Below the pieces are notes generated by a model, which searched no databases, was not told the origin of the DNA, and saw nothing but the letters and a program-made list of their open reading frames with translations. A stretch of DNA of 64,000 nt from Candidatus Heimdallarchaeum endolithica (lineage in GTDB: Archaea > Asgardarchaeota > Heimdallarchaeia > Heimdallarchaeales > Heimdallarchaeaceae), in the NCBI GenBank assembly GCA_021513715.1, contig CP084167.1:1408001-1472000 (forward strand), read 5' to 3'. Below are positions 38,868 through 48,485 of this stretch, piece after piece. Both the position numbers and the translations under genes were made by a program. The stretch's first letter is position 1, and each line of letters opens with the position of its first letter.

Positions 38868-40478
38868 ATGAATACATTTGGTATAATTGTCAGTTATTTG
38901 AGGAAAGGAAGATTATTTTCAGTCTCTCCAAATACTGTTTTATTACCAAACGATATTTTATTATTGTCCATCAAGAGTAATATTCAACATTTATATTTTC
39001 AAGAATGGTTGAAAGACGAGAAATTAGTTATTAATATTATTTCACCTATTGGTACAATTGTTGATAGTTTAGATGTGGATCTTAAATATACTGGACTAGA
39101 AGAGTTTTATTCTTTTGAAGTATCTGAAAATCTTTATTCAGGTGTCTATATTTTATCAATTCAAGGTAAGAATACAAAAATTAAGAAAAAAATCACTATA
39201 AAAACAAAAAGGAAATTGATCAATCACTATATTCTTACTTATGGAACTGAAATTTGTAACACAAGCGAAGATAATATTACAGAGTTAATTGTTGATGTTG
39301 TAATTCCACCAAGCATAGCGCAATTTCAAGAAGTTCAAGGAATAAAATTTAGCTTTAAACCTATTGAGAAGAAATGTGACAAGGATGGAAATTGCTGGGC
39401 AAGATTTTATTTTCCAATAGTTTATCCAAATGAGAAGATAAATTTAGAATACAAGGCTCTAGTTACTACAAGGATTATAGGATATGATGTTACAAGAATA
39501 AAAACGATAAGAGAATTAGATGAGATAAGCTATGAATTTTTTGAGAGATATACTAGAGATGAACCTTTTATTGAAAGCGATGATATTTTAATAAAAAGAG
39601 TTACACACTCACTGAAATCAGAAAATCCAATTGATAAAGCAATTAATATTCTAAGTTACGTACAAAATAACATTAATTACAAACAAGAATTGGGTGACTT
39701 TGGTGCAAAATATGCAATAAGAGCAAAAAGAGGAGACTGCACAGAATTTGCAAGTTTGTTTGTAGGAATGTGTAGAGCCGCTAAAATTCCAGCAAGACTT
39801 GCGACAAGCTTAATAAAAGAAGAAGGTATAAAATGGGAAAAACATTCTTATGCTGAATTTTTTGCCAAAGGTATTTGGTGGCAAATAGACCCCACCCTAA
39901 ATACTGATAAACAATATTTGATAAGAAATCCAGAGAATATTGTATTATTAAGGGGAAATTCACTAGCTAAAACCCATATTAAAGAAATAAGGTATTCACA
40001 TTCAGATCTAAAAAAGAGAAAAGTAAGTTTCAAAATCCATTGGAAAGTTGATGAAGTAAAGAACTTCACCCAGAATAAAGAAAAAAACAGCCATATTTGG
40101 ACTAAACAAAGTAACATATTGCATGTAGAACAAAAAGAAGAAAGAAGAGACAGCATAAGTGAAAATAAAGAAAGTTTCATTTCAATAAATGTGCCTACTT
40201 TACCTGAAGTTTCTACTGGTTCAATCTATAAGGTTCCTGTAAGATTAATTAATAACTCATCATTGGAAATATCTGGAACATTAGTTGTTTCAATTAATCG
40301 CGGGGGAATATTTATCAGTCAGCTTTACCAAAGGACTATAAAAGCAAAGTCAAATATTGGTATTGTTGTTGATATTCCTGCTCAAAGTTATTTTGGCCCT
40401 GCAAAAATCGAATTTGTTTTTCAGGATAACACTGGTTTTATATTCTGCAAATCAGAAAAAAAGATTCAATTTCAATAG
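38868..40478 (+). CDS. Transglutaminase-like cysteine protease domain protein
   Basis: GDCTEFA.LF...CRA..IPAR, H.YAEF and W..IDPT (Cys-His-Asp triad intact). Confidence 0.9.
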   Translation: MNTFGIIVSYLRKGRLFSVSPNTVLLPNDILLLSIKSNIQHLYFQEWLKDEKLVINIISPIGTIVDSLDVDLKYTGLEEFYSFEVSENLYSGVYILSIQGKNTKIKKKITIKTKRKLINHYILTYGTEICNTSEDNITELIVDVVIPPSIAQFQEVQGIKFSFKPIEKKCDKDGNCWARFYFPIVYPNEKINLEYKALVTTRIIGYDVTRIKTIRELDEISYEFFERYTRDEPFIESDDILIKRVTHSLKSENPIDKAINILSYVQNNINYKQELGDFGAKYAIRAKRGDCTEFASLFVGMCRAAKIPARLATSLIKEEGIKWEKHSYAEFFAKGIWWQIDPTLNTDKQYLIRNPENIVLLRGNSLAKTHIKEIRYSHSDLKKRKVSFKIHWKVDEVKNFTQNKEKNSHIWTKQSNILHVEQKEERRDSISENKESFISINVPTLPEVSTGSIYKVPVRLINNSSLEISGTLVVSINRGGIFISQLYQRTIKAKSNIGIVVDIPAQSYFGPAKIEFVFQDNTGFIFCKSEKKIQFQ

Positions 40479-40563
40479 AGATTAATCTTTTTTATTCGTT
40501 AATTGCTTTTATTTCAAATTCAACTTTTTTCCTCTTTGATTTGAGAAAATTATCAAATGATAT

Positions 40564-41286
40564 TTACATATTTAAAGCAAATATTGAGATGCTAATTAAA
40601 AGTGGAATACAAAGATTATCAAATAGATTTTTACAAATAAATTCTAAAACTGTAGCAAATATTGCTAACAAAAAAATCACTATAAAATTCTCAATGATAC
40701 TTATTTGGTAAATATAATAAGTAATTGTTAAAGCTGTAAGTGAACCTAGGAAAACAGCTAATGAACCTTCTAAGGTTTTCGAATAGTTCCTAATTATCTT
40801 TGATTTACCAAAAGAACGACCTACAAGTTCTCCCATGCCATCACCGAGGGATAACACCATTATCCCTCCTACAAAAGCGAAAGGGACATCAAGGGTTATA
40901 AAAAAAACATATATTAACATTAGAGCAGTCAAGATTATGTTTACACTTAATTCTTTTTTTGGTTCATCAATCCTATGATCTTTTGAAACAAAAAAATCAA
41001 ACAATTTTACTGATGGAATTATAGACAAAATACCAACAATTAGAACAGATATAAGAAATATTGCTAAAATATCATAGAAATTACTATTTAATGCCCTTAA
41101 AGCTCCTATATAAAGAAGAAAAGATATATGATCTAGTTTTCTTTTTCTCCAAGAACTAAGTTTAGTTTTTGAAAGTAAGAAAGAGGACAAAAATAGGATA
41201 GCAAGTCCTAATATTGATAAAAGAACTGATACCCAATTCATTTCTTTGTAGTCGAAAATCATTATCAGGTTCATTTTATCGCCCAA
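40564..41286 (-). CDS. Dolichol/phytol kinase-like membrane protein
   Basis: RKLDH, LGDG.GELVG..FG, KT.EGS and E......DN. Confidence 0.82.
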   Translation of the reverse strand: MGDKMNLIMIFDYKEMNWVSVLLSILGLAILFLSSFLLSKTKLSSWRKRKLDHISFLLYIGALRALNSNFYDILAIFLISVLIVGILSIIPSVKLFDFFVSKDHRIDEPKKELSVNIILTALMLIYVFFITLDVPFAFVGGIMVLSLGDGMGELVGRSFGKSKIIRNYSKTLEGSLAVFLGSLTALTITYYIYQISIIENFIVIFLLAIFATVLEFICKNLFDNLCIPLLISISIFALNM

Positions 41287-41304
41287 AGTGAGTAAAAAGG
41301 GGGA

Positions 41305-44300
41305 TTAAACCCCAGTTATTGCTTCTGTTCTTGAGCCTAGGATGATGTTTGTAAAGACTAAACTGAGTATTTGTAGGATCATCAAAATCACTCCTAAAGC
41401 GCAGAATATTTGGAATCTAGCATTTACTTGATTTGCCATCATCCATGTTAATGTTCCACCAAGTTCGGATGTGATAAGAAAAACTGTGGTTGAGACTTCT
41501 GACAAGCAATACAAAAATGAGACAAGACTTCCTGCAAATACATTAAGAGAAATCATAGGTACAGTGATTTTGGCAAAGGTTTTCATTCTACCGGCCCCCA
41601 GATTAAATGATGACTCCTCGAGCACTTTATCCATTTGTTGCAAACCAGCATAAGCTGCTCTAACAGTGAATGGAAACTTACGAATCGTATATGAGAGTAT
41701 TAAAAGTACATAGGCAATTCCCACGAAAGGATCAAGATGTGCTTTAACTGCAAATTTATTCATAAATAAGTTAAATGAATTAGGATTGTTAGTAAAAATC
41801 GTACCCCAGTCAAAAGTACGATAATATCCAAGAGCTAGAACAATTCCAGGTATAGCAATTGGAATTGTAACCAGAGAGTCAAATGCAGCTTTTCCTTTAA
41901 ACTCTTTTCTACTTACCACATAAGCTGCTAGTGAACCTAGAATAACAATTAAAATTGTTGCAGCGAAACTATACAGTAAAGTATTCCTAACAAAACTTGG
42001 GATATTGTACTGTGAAGAAACAAAGACAAGTCTATAGTTTTCCAAAGTAAAACTCATATTTTTTATGCTAGAAGAGCCTAGAGTTTCGCTTATTGACATC
42101 ATTATTATACCAACATGCACAATTAAAGAAAGTGCAAATAAGATAACTAGGAAGGGATAAATGAACAATAGTTTCCATTTAGCTTTACTTAATCTATATT
42201 GACCTGCTCTTCCTTTGGAAACCATTGAATATTGTCTTAGTGAAACATATTTTCGTATAACTAAAAATCCTGCAATAGCTATTACTAAGAGTAGACCTCC
42301 TAAAACACATACTTCAGGTGTTATGATATTAGAGCTAGAAAGTTGAAAGTCTGAAAAAATAAAATAGGTCAAAAATTGCCTTGCAAAATTATCCCCCATA
42401 CCAACAAAGATAATTGGTGTCCCCACATCCTCCATTGATAAGATTAGTACTAAAATTGCTCCTGCACCGATTCCAGGAAGAGCTAAAGGCAAAGTCACTG
42501 TAAAGAATAATCTAAAACTTCCAGCACCAAGATTTTCAGCTTGTTCTTCCATGCTTGGATCAACATTTACAAATGAAGAGAAGGCATTCAAATAAACTAA
42601 TGCATAGAAATGAAAGCTTTGTACAAAACAAATAGCAACAAAACCCTCAATAATTAGTCTTGAATGAAAGACAGGAATAAGGAAAAAGTTGTTAAGTAAT
42701 CCATTCGGGCCTAAAAAGTATCTGAAACCCATACCACTTATAAAAGGTGGGATAATTAAGGGGGCAAGAGCTAGAATACTAAAGAACTTCTTTCCAGGAA
42801 ATTCATATCGTGCTAAAATAAAAGCTAGTGCAGTACCTAAAAGAACTGAAACGAGAGTAGTCACAACCCCAAGAATTAAAGTATTAAGAACTATTCCTCT
42901 TGATACTCCTACCAATTTGTAAGTTGTGATTTCAATATTATCCTGATATTGGAATATTTTCTTGAATTCAGTCATATTTTGACTATCTAAAATAAGTACA
43001 CCATCTCCTCCATTTGCAACATAAACAAAGCCAGAGATTGGTTCATAAAAGATGTCTTCAACACCAACTATTCCCAGACTATAAGATAGAAGATGGGATA
43101 CATTTAAAGGATCAGAAACATCATAAACTTCTATACTATAAAAATCGCCTATTTTAGAAGTTATGAATGCTTTATTATCAAAAATATTGATATTATCTGC
43201 ACGTCTGCTTTCTATGTGTACCAAGGTAATGTTAGAGGGTTCAGAGATATCGAGAATTACAAAACCTGTACTACCCAGAGATAAAAATGCATAATTATCA
43301 ACAATTTGAATTTCCTTTGCTCTTAGACTTATACCATCAATCTCTTCAATTCTTGAGAACAAAGAAGGATTAGATGGGTCTGAAATATCAAAAATCATTA
43401 ATCGCGAATACGAACCAACCAAATAGGCATAATCATCTTTAATTTGAATGTCATCTGAATCTGTTTCTATTGTAACATTACTAATTAATTTTGGTTCAAA
43501 AGGATCACTAATATCATAAATTAAGAAACCATCATCTTGATAATCAAGAAAAGCGTAGTTTCCATGAATAGTAATAAACTCAGTTTTATTTGTAGGAATC
43601 GGAGTTATTGAAACTATATCAATACCCTGCTTAATATTACTCATGTTAAATATCATTAATCCTTGTCTTGAATCAGAAGCAAAAAGTAATTCTTCGCTTT
43701 GTGCAATATCTGTAACAAAACTATTGTCAAACTTTATCTGGTTGACTTCTTCGATATTATTGTAATCAGTTACATTAAGGACCTCAATACCTTCAAAACC
43801 TTCAGCAGTATAAATATAACCGTCAGAATAGATTATAGATTTAGCATATCCTCCAAATTCAAAATTCTGGTTTTTTGTGAAAAAGGATGTTGAAGGGTCA
43901 CCCTTAAAATTAAAGAATTTTTCATCTGAAAAAACGTGTCCAAAAGCGTAAAAGGTTATTTGTCCTGACTCTTGGAGATAAATAGCAACATTTACTAAAT
44001 ATTCTCCTGTCCCTTTATTTGAATAAACCACAATATCCCATGAAACAACCCCAGATTCAGGTAGATCAGGGGATTTAATGACCACACGTTCAGTCTTAGT
44101 TTTTGAAGAATAGTACTTAGCATTTGGAATAGAATTTTCTTCAGCATCACCATCTAAATTCCCACCAGTACGTCTACCTTGATGATCTATCACAGATAAA
44201 TCAAAATCTGAATCTTTAGGTGGTTGAAGAAAAATAATAACTTTACCTATTCCTTCTGTAGCATTAATATTAAACGAATGATAAGGTCCTGATTGGTGAA

Positions 44301-44541
44301 CAGCAGTTATTTCATCTCTAAATGCGAAAGTCTCTGCTGCACTTGGAATATAAACTGCACCAGAAAGGATTAACAAGAGAGGTATAACCATCCAAATGAT
44401 AAATACAATAGAAATAATCCCTATAACAACATTAGTTGAAGGATCGCGTAAAAGCTTTACATAAAGCGTATCAATAATATTTCTTTTTCTTTTTAGCTTT
44501 CTTTTTTCCTTTTTTTTCTTATTTAGACTTAAAGTGGCCAT
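41305..44541 (-). CDS. ABC permease (FbpB/ThiP-like, double TMD) with PPC-like domain and LVIVD repeats inserted in the first extracellular loop
   Basis: Two EAA-type loops (EEQAENLGAG, EESSFNLGAG); about 480 aa inserted after TM1, containing DFDL.V...ERVVI and repeated G+.I.DISDP..P units. Confidence 0.88.
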   Translation of the reverse strand: MATLSLNKKKKEKRKLKRKRNIIDTLYVKLLRDPSTNVVIGIISIVFIIWMVIPLLLILSGAVYIPSAAETFAFRDEITAVHQSGPYHSFNINATEGIGKVIIFLQPPKDSDFDLSVIDHQGRRTGGNLDGDAEENSIPNAKYYSSKTKTERVVIKSPDLPESGVVSWDIVVYSNKGTGEYLVNVAIYLQESGQITFYAFGHVFSDEKFFNFKGDPSTSFFTKNQNFEFGGYAKSIIYSDGYIYTAEGFEGIEVLNVTDYNNIEEVNQIKFDNSFVTDIAQSEELLFASDSRQGLMIFNMSNIKQGIDIVSITPIPTNKTEFITIHGNYAFLDYQDDGFLIYDISDPFEPKLISNVTIETDSDDIQIKDDYAYLVGSYSRLMIFDISDPSNPSLFSRIEEIDGISLRAKEIQIVDNYAFLSLGSTGFVILDISEPSNITLVHIESRRADNINIFDNKAFITSKIGDFYSIEVYDVSDPLNVSHLLSYSLGIVGVEDIFYEPISGFVYVANGGDGVLILDSQNMTEFKKIFQYQDNIEITTYKLVGVSRGIVLNTLILGVVTTLVSVLLGTALAFILARYEFPGKKFFSILALAPLIIPPFISGMGFRYFLGPNGLLNNFFLIPVFHSRLIIEGFVAICFVQSFHFYALVYLNAFSSFVNVDPSMEEQAENLGAGSFRLFFTVTLPLALPGIGAGAILVLILSMEDVGTPIIFVGMGDNFARQFLTYFIFSDFQLSSSNIITPEVCVLGGLLLVIAIAGFLVIRKYVSLRQYSMVSKGRAGQYRLSKAKWKLLFIYPFLVILFALSLIVHVGIIMMSISETLGSSSIKNMSFTLENYRLVFVSSQYNIPSFVRNTLLYSFAATILIVILGSLAAYVVSRKEFKGKAAFDSLVTIPIAIPGIVLALGYYRTFDWGTIFTNNPNSFNLFMNKFAVKAHLDPFVGIAYVLLILSYTIRKFPFTVRAAYAGLQQMDKVLEESSFNLGAGRMKTFAKITVPMISLNVFAGSLVSFLYCLSEVSTTVFLITSELGGTLTWMMANQVNARFQIFCALGVILMILQILSLVFTNIILGSRTEAITGV

Positions 44542-44586
44542 TAAGTAGTCTTTTTATTATATCTTTTAATATTTTTCTCAAAGGAA

Positions 44587-44696
44587 TAGTACTTCCGAAT
44601 TATCTCAAAAAGTATGAATTGAGAACACGCCAATGATAGTATAAACGCCTATAATTTTTACCTATAGAAATCGGTCAACTTATTGCGGAAGTACTA
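44587..44696 (-). mobile_element. MITE copy 2 (110 bp, 6-bp TSD AAGGAA)
   Basis: TAGTACTTCCG...CGGAAGTACTA; AAGGAA at 44581-44586 and 44697-44702; inverted relative to copy 1. Confidence 0.9.
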
Positions 44697-44733
44697 AAGG
44701 AAGAAAAAAAGAAAATAAAAATAGAAAAGAGTT

Positions 44734-46230
44734 TTATTTTCGCTTCTTTCTTAAGATGATAACAAGAGTTGCGAAACTAATAAGGGAGAACATTGTAGAA
44801 ATAGGAGTTTTTGTAGGAGTTGTAGTCGGATTTTCAGTTCCTGGAATACTGCCAATATCATCGATTATTGCGTTATATTTCTGTTTAGCAAAATTCTTCC
44901 ATTCACTTCTTTTAGTTGAAGCAAAGCTTGGATCAGTTTGAAAGTCATCATTCCAATCTATTGACTCATTTAATGTCATTCCCACTTCAGTTAATTGTTC
45001 ACTTAACTCTTCAAATTTCTCCTGGGTAATGTTACCACTCTTTAATCTCAACACCATTGAACCCCAAGCCTCTCTTAAAAGGTCATGATTTGAAGTAATT
45101 GTTTCATGGAAGTAATAAATTGTAGTATCCAAGTTAGAAACTGCAAGTTCCTCATCAAAAGTAATTCCTTCATTGTCTAAAGTCTCATTGTAAAGTGCAT
45201 AAAGAGCTTGACCATTTTCAGTTTGACCAGCAGGTGTATGAAAAGCAGATTCTAGTACTGGTAATCTGTCCAATCCCTCTGTAAACCATACTGATTGACC
45301 TTCAGGAGATTCTACGAATTTAATAAAAGCTTTTGCAGCTTCATAATCATCAACATTTGCTCCAAGTGCAATTGGGTCACCGTTTACAATTGATTGACCT
45401 TCTGGAATGATATATTCACAGTCAGGATTTTCTCTCATAGCAATAACTCCGTAAAAGTCTATTGTCATCCCTACACCGACTTCACCATTAATTACAGCAG
45501 CACGAGTGTCTACAGAACCAGGATAAATTCCAGCGTTAGCAGCCATTTTAGTAATAATTTCCCATCCTTTTTCCCATCCAAAAGCTTGAAGAATAATTTG
45601 GTAAATTCTCGTATTAGAAGTTGTTTCTGGAGGATCTCCCATACTTATGGCTCTAACATCAGGAGAAACATAGAATTCAGGAGAAGCTAGTTCTTCCCAT
45701 GTATGGGGAACTGGAAGGCCTTTATCACTTAAAAATTGGTGGTTAACAGTGAAACCAAAGGATGAAATAGCTGAAGCAACAAACAAAAGATTATCATCCT
45801 CATCCCACCACTTCATTGAAGCTCCTGCAATTCTATCAGGAACTGTCTCATTTAGATAGTTTACTAAATCAGCATCGTCCATAGGTTTAAGAGCTTTATA
45901 ATTTGCCATTGTACTAAATAAAGCTGGGCCTCCACCCCAAGCTACGTCTACACCTTTTGAAGCATCTATAAGTAAACTTCTCCAACCATCATCAGTACTA
46001 ACTGATTTAAAATCAATGTCAGTTATACCTAGATTTTGAGCTTCTTCAGTAGCAAGGAATTTCTCTTTAAATTCGTTTGTAATAGTTACATCATGCCTCG
46101 TAACAACAGTTAGAACTACATCTGCTTTTAAATCAGCATTGTTATTTCTTGTTATATCTCCATTAACTGCTGCAGTTGCAGATACAGCAATTAAAACAAC
46201 GAGGACAAGAAAATTGATTTTTCTTTTCAT
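44734..46230 (-). CDS. ABC substrate-binding protein (AfuA/thiamine-like family), C-terminally anchored
   Basis: TRHD, DVAWGGGP, P.TWEELASP, IDFYG and NGDPIA; Thr/Pro linker, TM and KKRK tail. Confidence 0.88.
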   Translation of the reverse strand: MKRKINFLVLVVLIAVSATAAVNGDITRNNNADLKADVVLTVVTRHDVTITNEFKEKFLATEEAQNLGITDIDFKSVSTDDGWRSLLIDASKGVDVAWGGGPALFSTMANYKALKPMDDADLVNYLNETVPDRIAGASMKWWDEDDNLLFVASAISSFGFTVNHQFLSDKGLPVPHTWEELASPEFYVSPDVRAISMGDPPETTSNTRIYQIILQAFGWEKGWEIITKMAANAGIYPGSVDTRAAVINGEVGVGMTIDFYGVIAMRENPDCEYIIPEGQSIVNGDPIALGANVDDYEAAKAFIKFVESPEGQSVWFTEGLDRLPVLESAFHTPAGQTENGQALYALYNETLDNEGITFDEELAVSNLDTTIYYFHETITSNHDLLREAWGSMVLRLKSGNITQEKFEELSEQLTEVGMTLNESIDWNDDFQTDPSFASTKRSEWKNFAKQKYNAIIDDIGSIPGTENPTTTPTKTPISTMFSLISFATLVIILRKKRK

Positions 46231-46417
46231 AATAATACCTTCTTTTTTTTTAGTTACTATAACAATCGACCTAACTCTTTAAATCTTTTTGTTATCCATT
46301 GACAATAATTATTATCAAACTAAAAAAATTAAATTAAAAGTATTTTATTTCAAGAGGATTTTGTATATAGAAAAAAATATTAAATGAGTATTTAAAGAAA
46401 GTTAAAAGATGATAATA

Positions 46418-47992
46418 ATGAAAAGAAAAGTAATTTCACTTATTTCATTACTACTTATTTTTAGTATGATACAATCAAACTTCTCTATTAGTTATACTTC
46501 AATTAATAGAGACTTTGAGATAAACAATTATGTAACTAAAGAAATCCCAACATACAAGAAAGTCGTTTTTGTAACATGGGATGGAGTCAGAGAGAAATGG
46601 TTTGAAGAGCTCACTGCAGATAATACACTAGGAAACGCTAGCAAAGTTATCCAATCTGGTCACCTTCAAAAAGTAAGGATTACTACCCATATTACATCGA
46701 CTGACCCTGGATTAAGTACCATGGAAACGGGATACGGTGACGCCATTCATGGAATATCTGCTAACCAGTTTGGTCCAGGTTCTCCAAAATTAAGTATCCC
46801 TGACGGATTAACAACAACAGAAAGATTGAAAGCTTCTTTTGGAGATAGTATAAAAACAGGAATGTTTTTGCCTTGGTCTTTTCACCAGATAAATGAAGAT
46901 TACATGATGCAAGAAGGGAACTATACAGACAGCATATTTGAGAAAATAAAGATTGGCAAAGATGTAGATTATTGGTTTGCCTCTGAAAATCTAAGTTGGA
47001 CACCAGACGATAATGAATCAATAAGAGCAATATATGAAGGATATGATACTGACAATCATGGATTTCATCCAGATGTAGGTCTGTTTTCAGATCCTTTGCT
47101 TAAAAGTTCGTACCTTGCCGAACAAATAACTAAATTCTTAGATCTTTATGCTGATGATTCGTTCTATATTAGAACACATTTCACAGAACCTGATACAGTT
47201 GGTCATGGATATTTTGAATCAAAAGATGGTATCATAACACCTGAATACAAAACTGCATTAATTCAATGTGATGAAGCAGTGGGTATCATATTAAACAAAC
47301 TAGAAGAGGAAGGAATATTGGATGACACCCTAGTTATTGTTGGAACAGATCATGGTTTCTTCAAAGAGTCTCACGATGGAGAACCTTGGCCTAATGGAAA
47401 GTTGGCAGTTACACAACAAGTTTTCGCAATAAGCAAAAGCGATGTAAAAACCAGCCAAGATATTGCAATTGCTCAAAAAGACATTTCTCCCACAATATTA
47501 TCTGTTTTGGGCGTAGACATTTCTTCTTTGTCACCTGCATATACTGGAAAGGATGAAACAGGAATACCAATTTGGGATAAAGTTGACAATGAAGCTCCTA
47601 AACTAATTAAAGTTCAATATCAGTTAGAAACACAGTATATTCCTCGAGATTTTGAAAATGGCTCTAAAATTAATGAACCGTTTGATTTATACTTACAAAT
47701 AAACGAATGGAGTGACATCAAAGCAGTTTCTATGAAGACTGAAGACAATAAAGTGATTGACCCATCCTCAATTTCAAATACTCAAATATTATGGGAAAAA
47801 CTTGACAAAAGCATACTTGGAGGAGGTTCTCATAGTTTAGTCATAACAATCACTGACGAATTTGATTTAACCACACAAATAACTGTTAATATTAATGCAG
47901 GAGGAGTCAGTTTTAATTGGTTCTATTCAATTATTGCTTTGACACTAATTGCTGCTCCATTACTTCTAAAGAAATATAGAAAAGATATATAG
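46418..47992 (+). CDS. Secreted alkaline-phosphatase-superfamily enzyme (NPP/phosphodiesterase-like)
   Basis: V.VTWDG, T.T.P (Thr nucleophile), EPD..GH, TDHG and DI.PTIL; signal peptide and C-terminal TM. Confidence 0.85.
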   Translation: MKRKVISLISLLLIFSMIQSNFSISYTSINRDFEINNYVTKEIPTYKKVVFVTWDGVREKWFEELTADNTLGNASKVIQSGHLQKVRITTHITSTDPGLSTMETGYGDAIHGISANQFGPGSPKLSIPDGLTTTERLKASFGDSIKTGMFLPWSFHQINEDYMMQEGNYTDSIFEKIKIGKDVDYWFASENLSWTPDDNESIRAIYEGYDTDNHGFHPDVGLFSDPLLKSSYLAEQITKFLDLYADDSFYIRTHFTEPDTVGHGYFESKDGIITPEYKTALIQCDEAVGIILNKLEEEGILDDTLVIVGTDHGFFKESHDGEPWPNGKLAVTQQVFAISKSDVKTSQDIAIAQKDISPTILSVLGVDISSLSPAYTGKDETGIPIWDKVDNEAPKLIKVQYQLETQYIPRDFENGSKINEPFDLYLQINEWSDIKAVSMKTEDNKVIDPSSISNTQILWEKLDKSILGGGSHSLVITITDEFDLTTQITVNINAGGVSFNWFYSIIALTLIAAPLLLKKYRKDI

Positions 47993-48041
47993 AATATAAT
48001 AATTACAATTACTTATTTATTATATTCTTACTTTCATTTTC

Positions 48042-48485
48042 TTATATTTGGCCCCAAGAAATAAATTTTCCATCTTTTCTTTTAACTAAAACAGAACCAA
48101 ATTTTCTCCATTGTTCTTCTCTAAATCTAATAATTTGAAATTCATCTTGAGAAGATTTCATTTTTAGTTGGAGTAACTCTGCAAGAGAAAGTTTTTTCTC
48201 GTAAAAAAGTCGAGTAATGTATTTTCCCTCTCTATCTCCTAGACTGACCTCCTTTGCCAAATTTAATAAATGTAAAACAGGAAGGTTAGAAAATAAAGGT
48301 TGGTGAGAAGAGGTATATACTGAACCTGGACAAATAGATTCATTTTTGTATTCTTCAACACATTTTTTACAAAAAATTAATTGACACCCGTTACATATTT
48401 TCCACTCTTCAAGCACAGCCTCTTTTAATGAAGATTGATTTTTACAAAAAGCACATTTCACATAGAAATCTAAAATATTAGTCAC
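48042..48485 (-). CDS. RING/PHD-like Zn-finger protein (Nse1 RING-like)
   Basis: C11-x2-C14-x16-C31-x2-C34-x4-C39-x2-C42-x9-C52(P)-x8-H61; its GTG start overlaps the upstream TGA. Confidence 0.7.
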   Translation of the reverse strand: MTNILDFYVKCAFCKNQSSLKEAVLEEWKICNGCQLIFCKKCVEEYKNESICPGSVYTSSHQPLFSNLPVLHLLNLAKEVSLGDREGKYITRLFYEKKLSLAELLQLKMKSSQDEFQIIRFREEQWRKFGSVLVKRKDGKFISWGQI

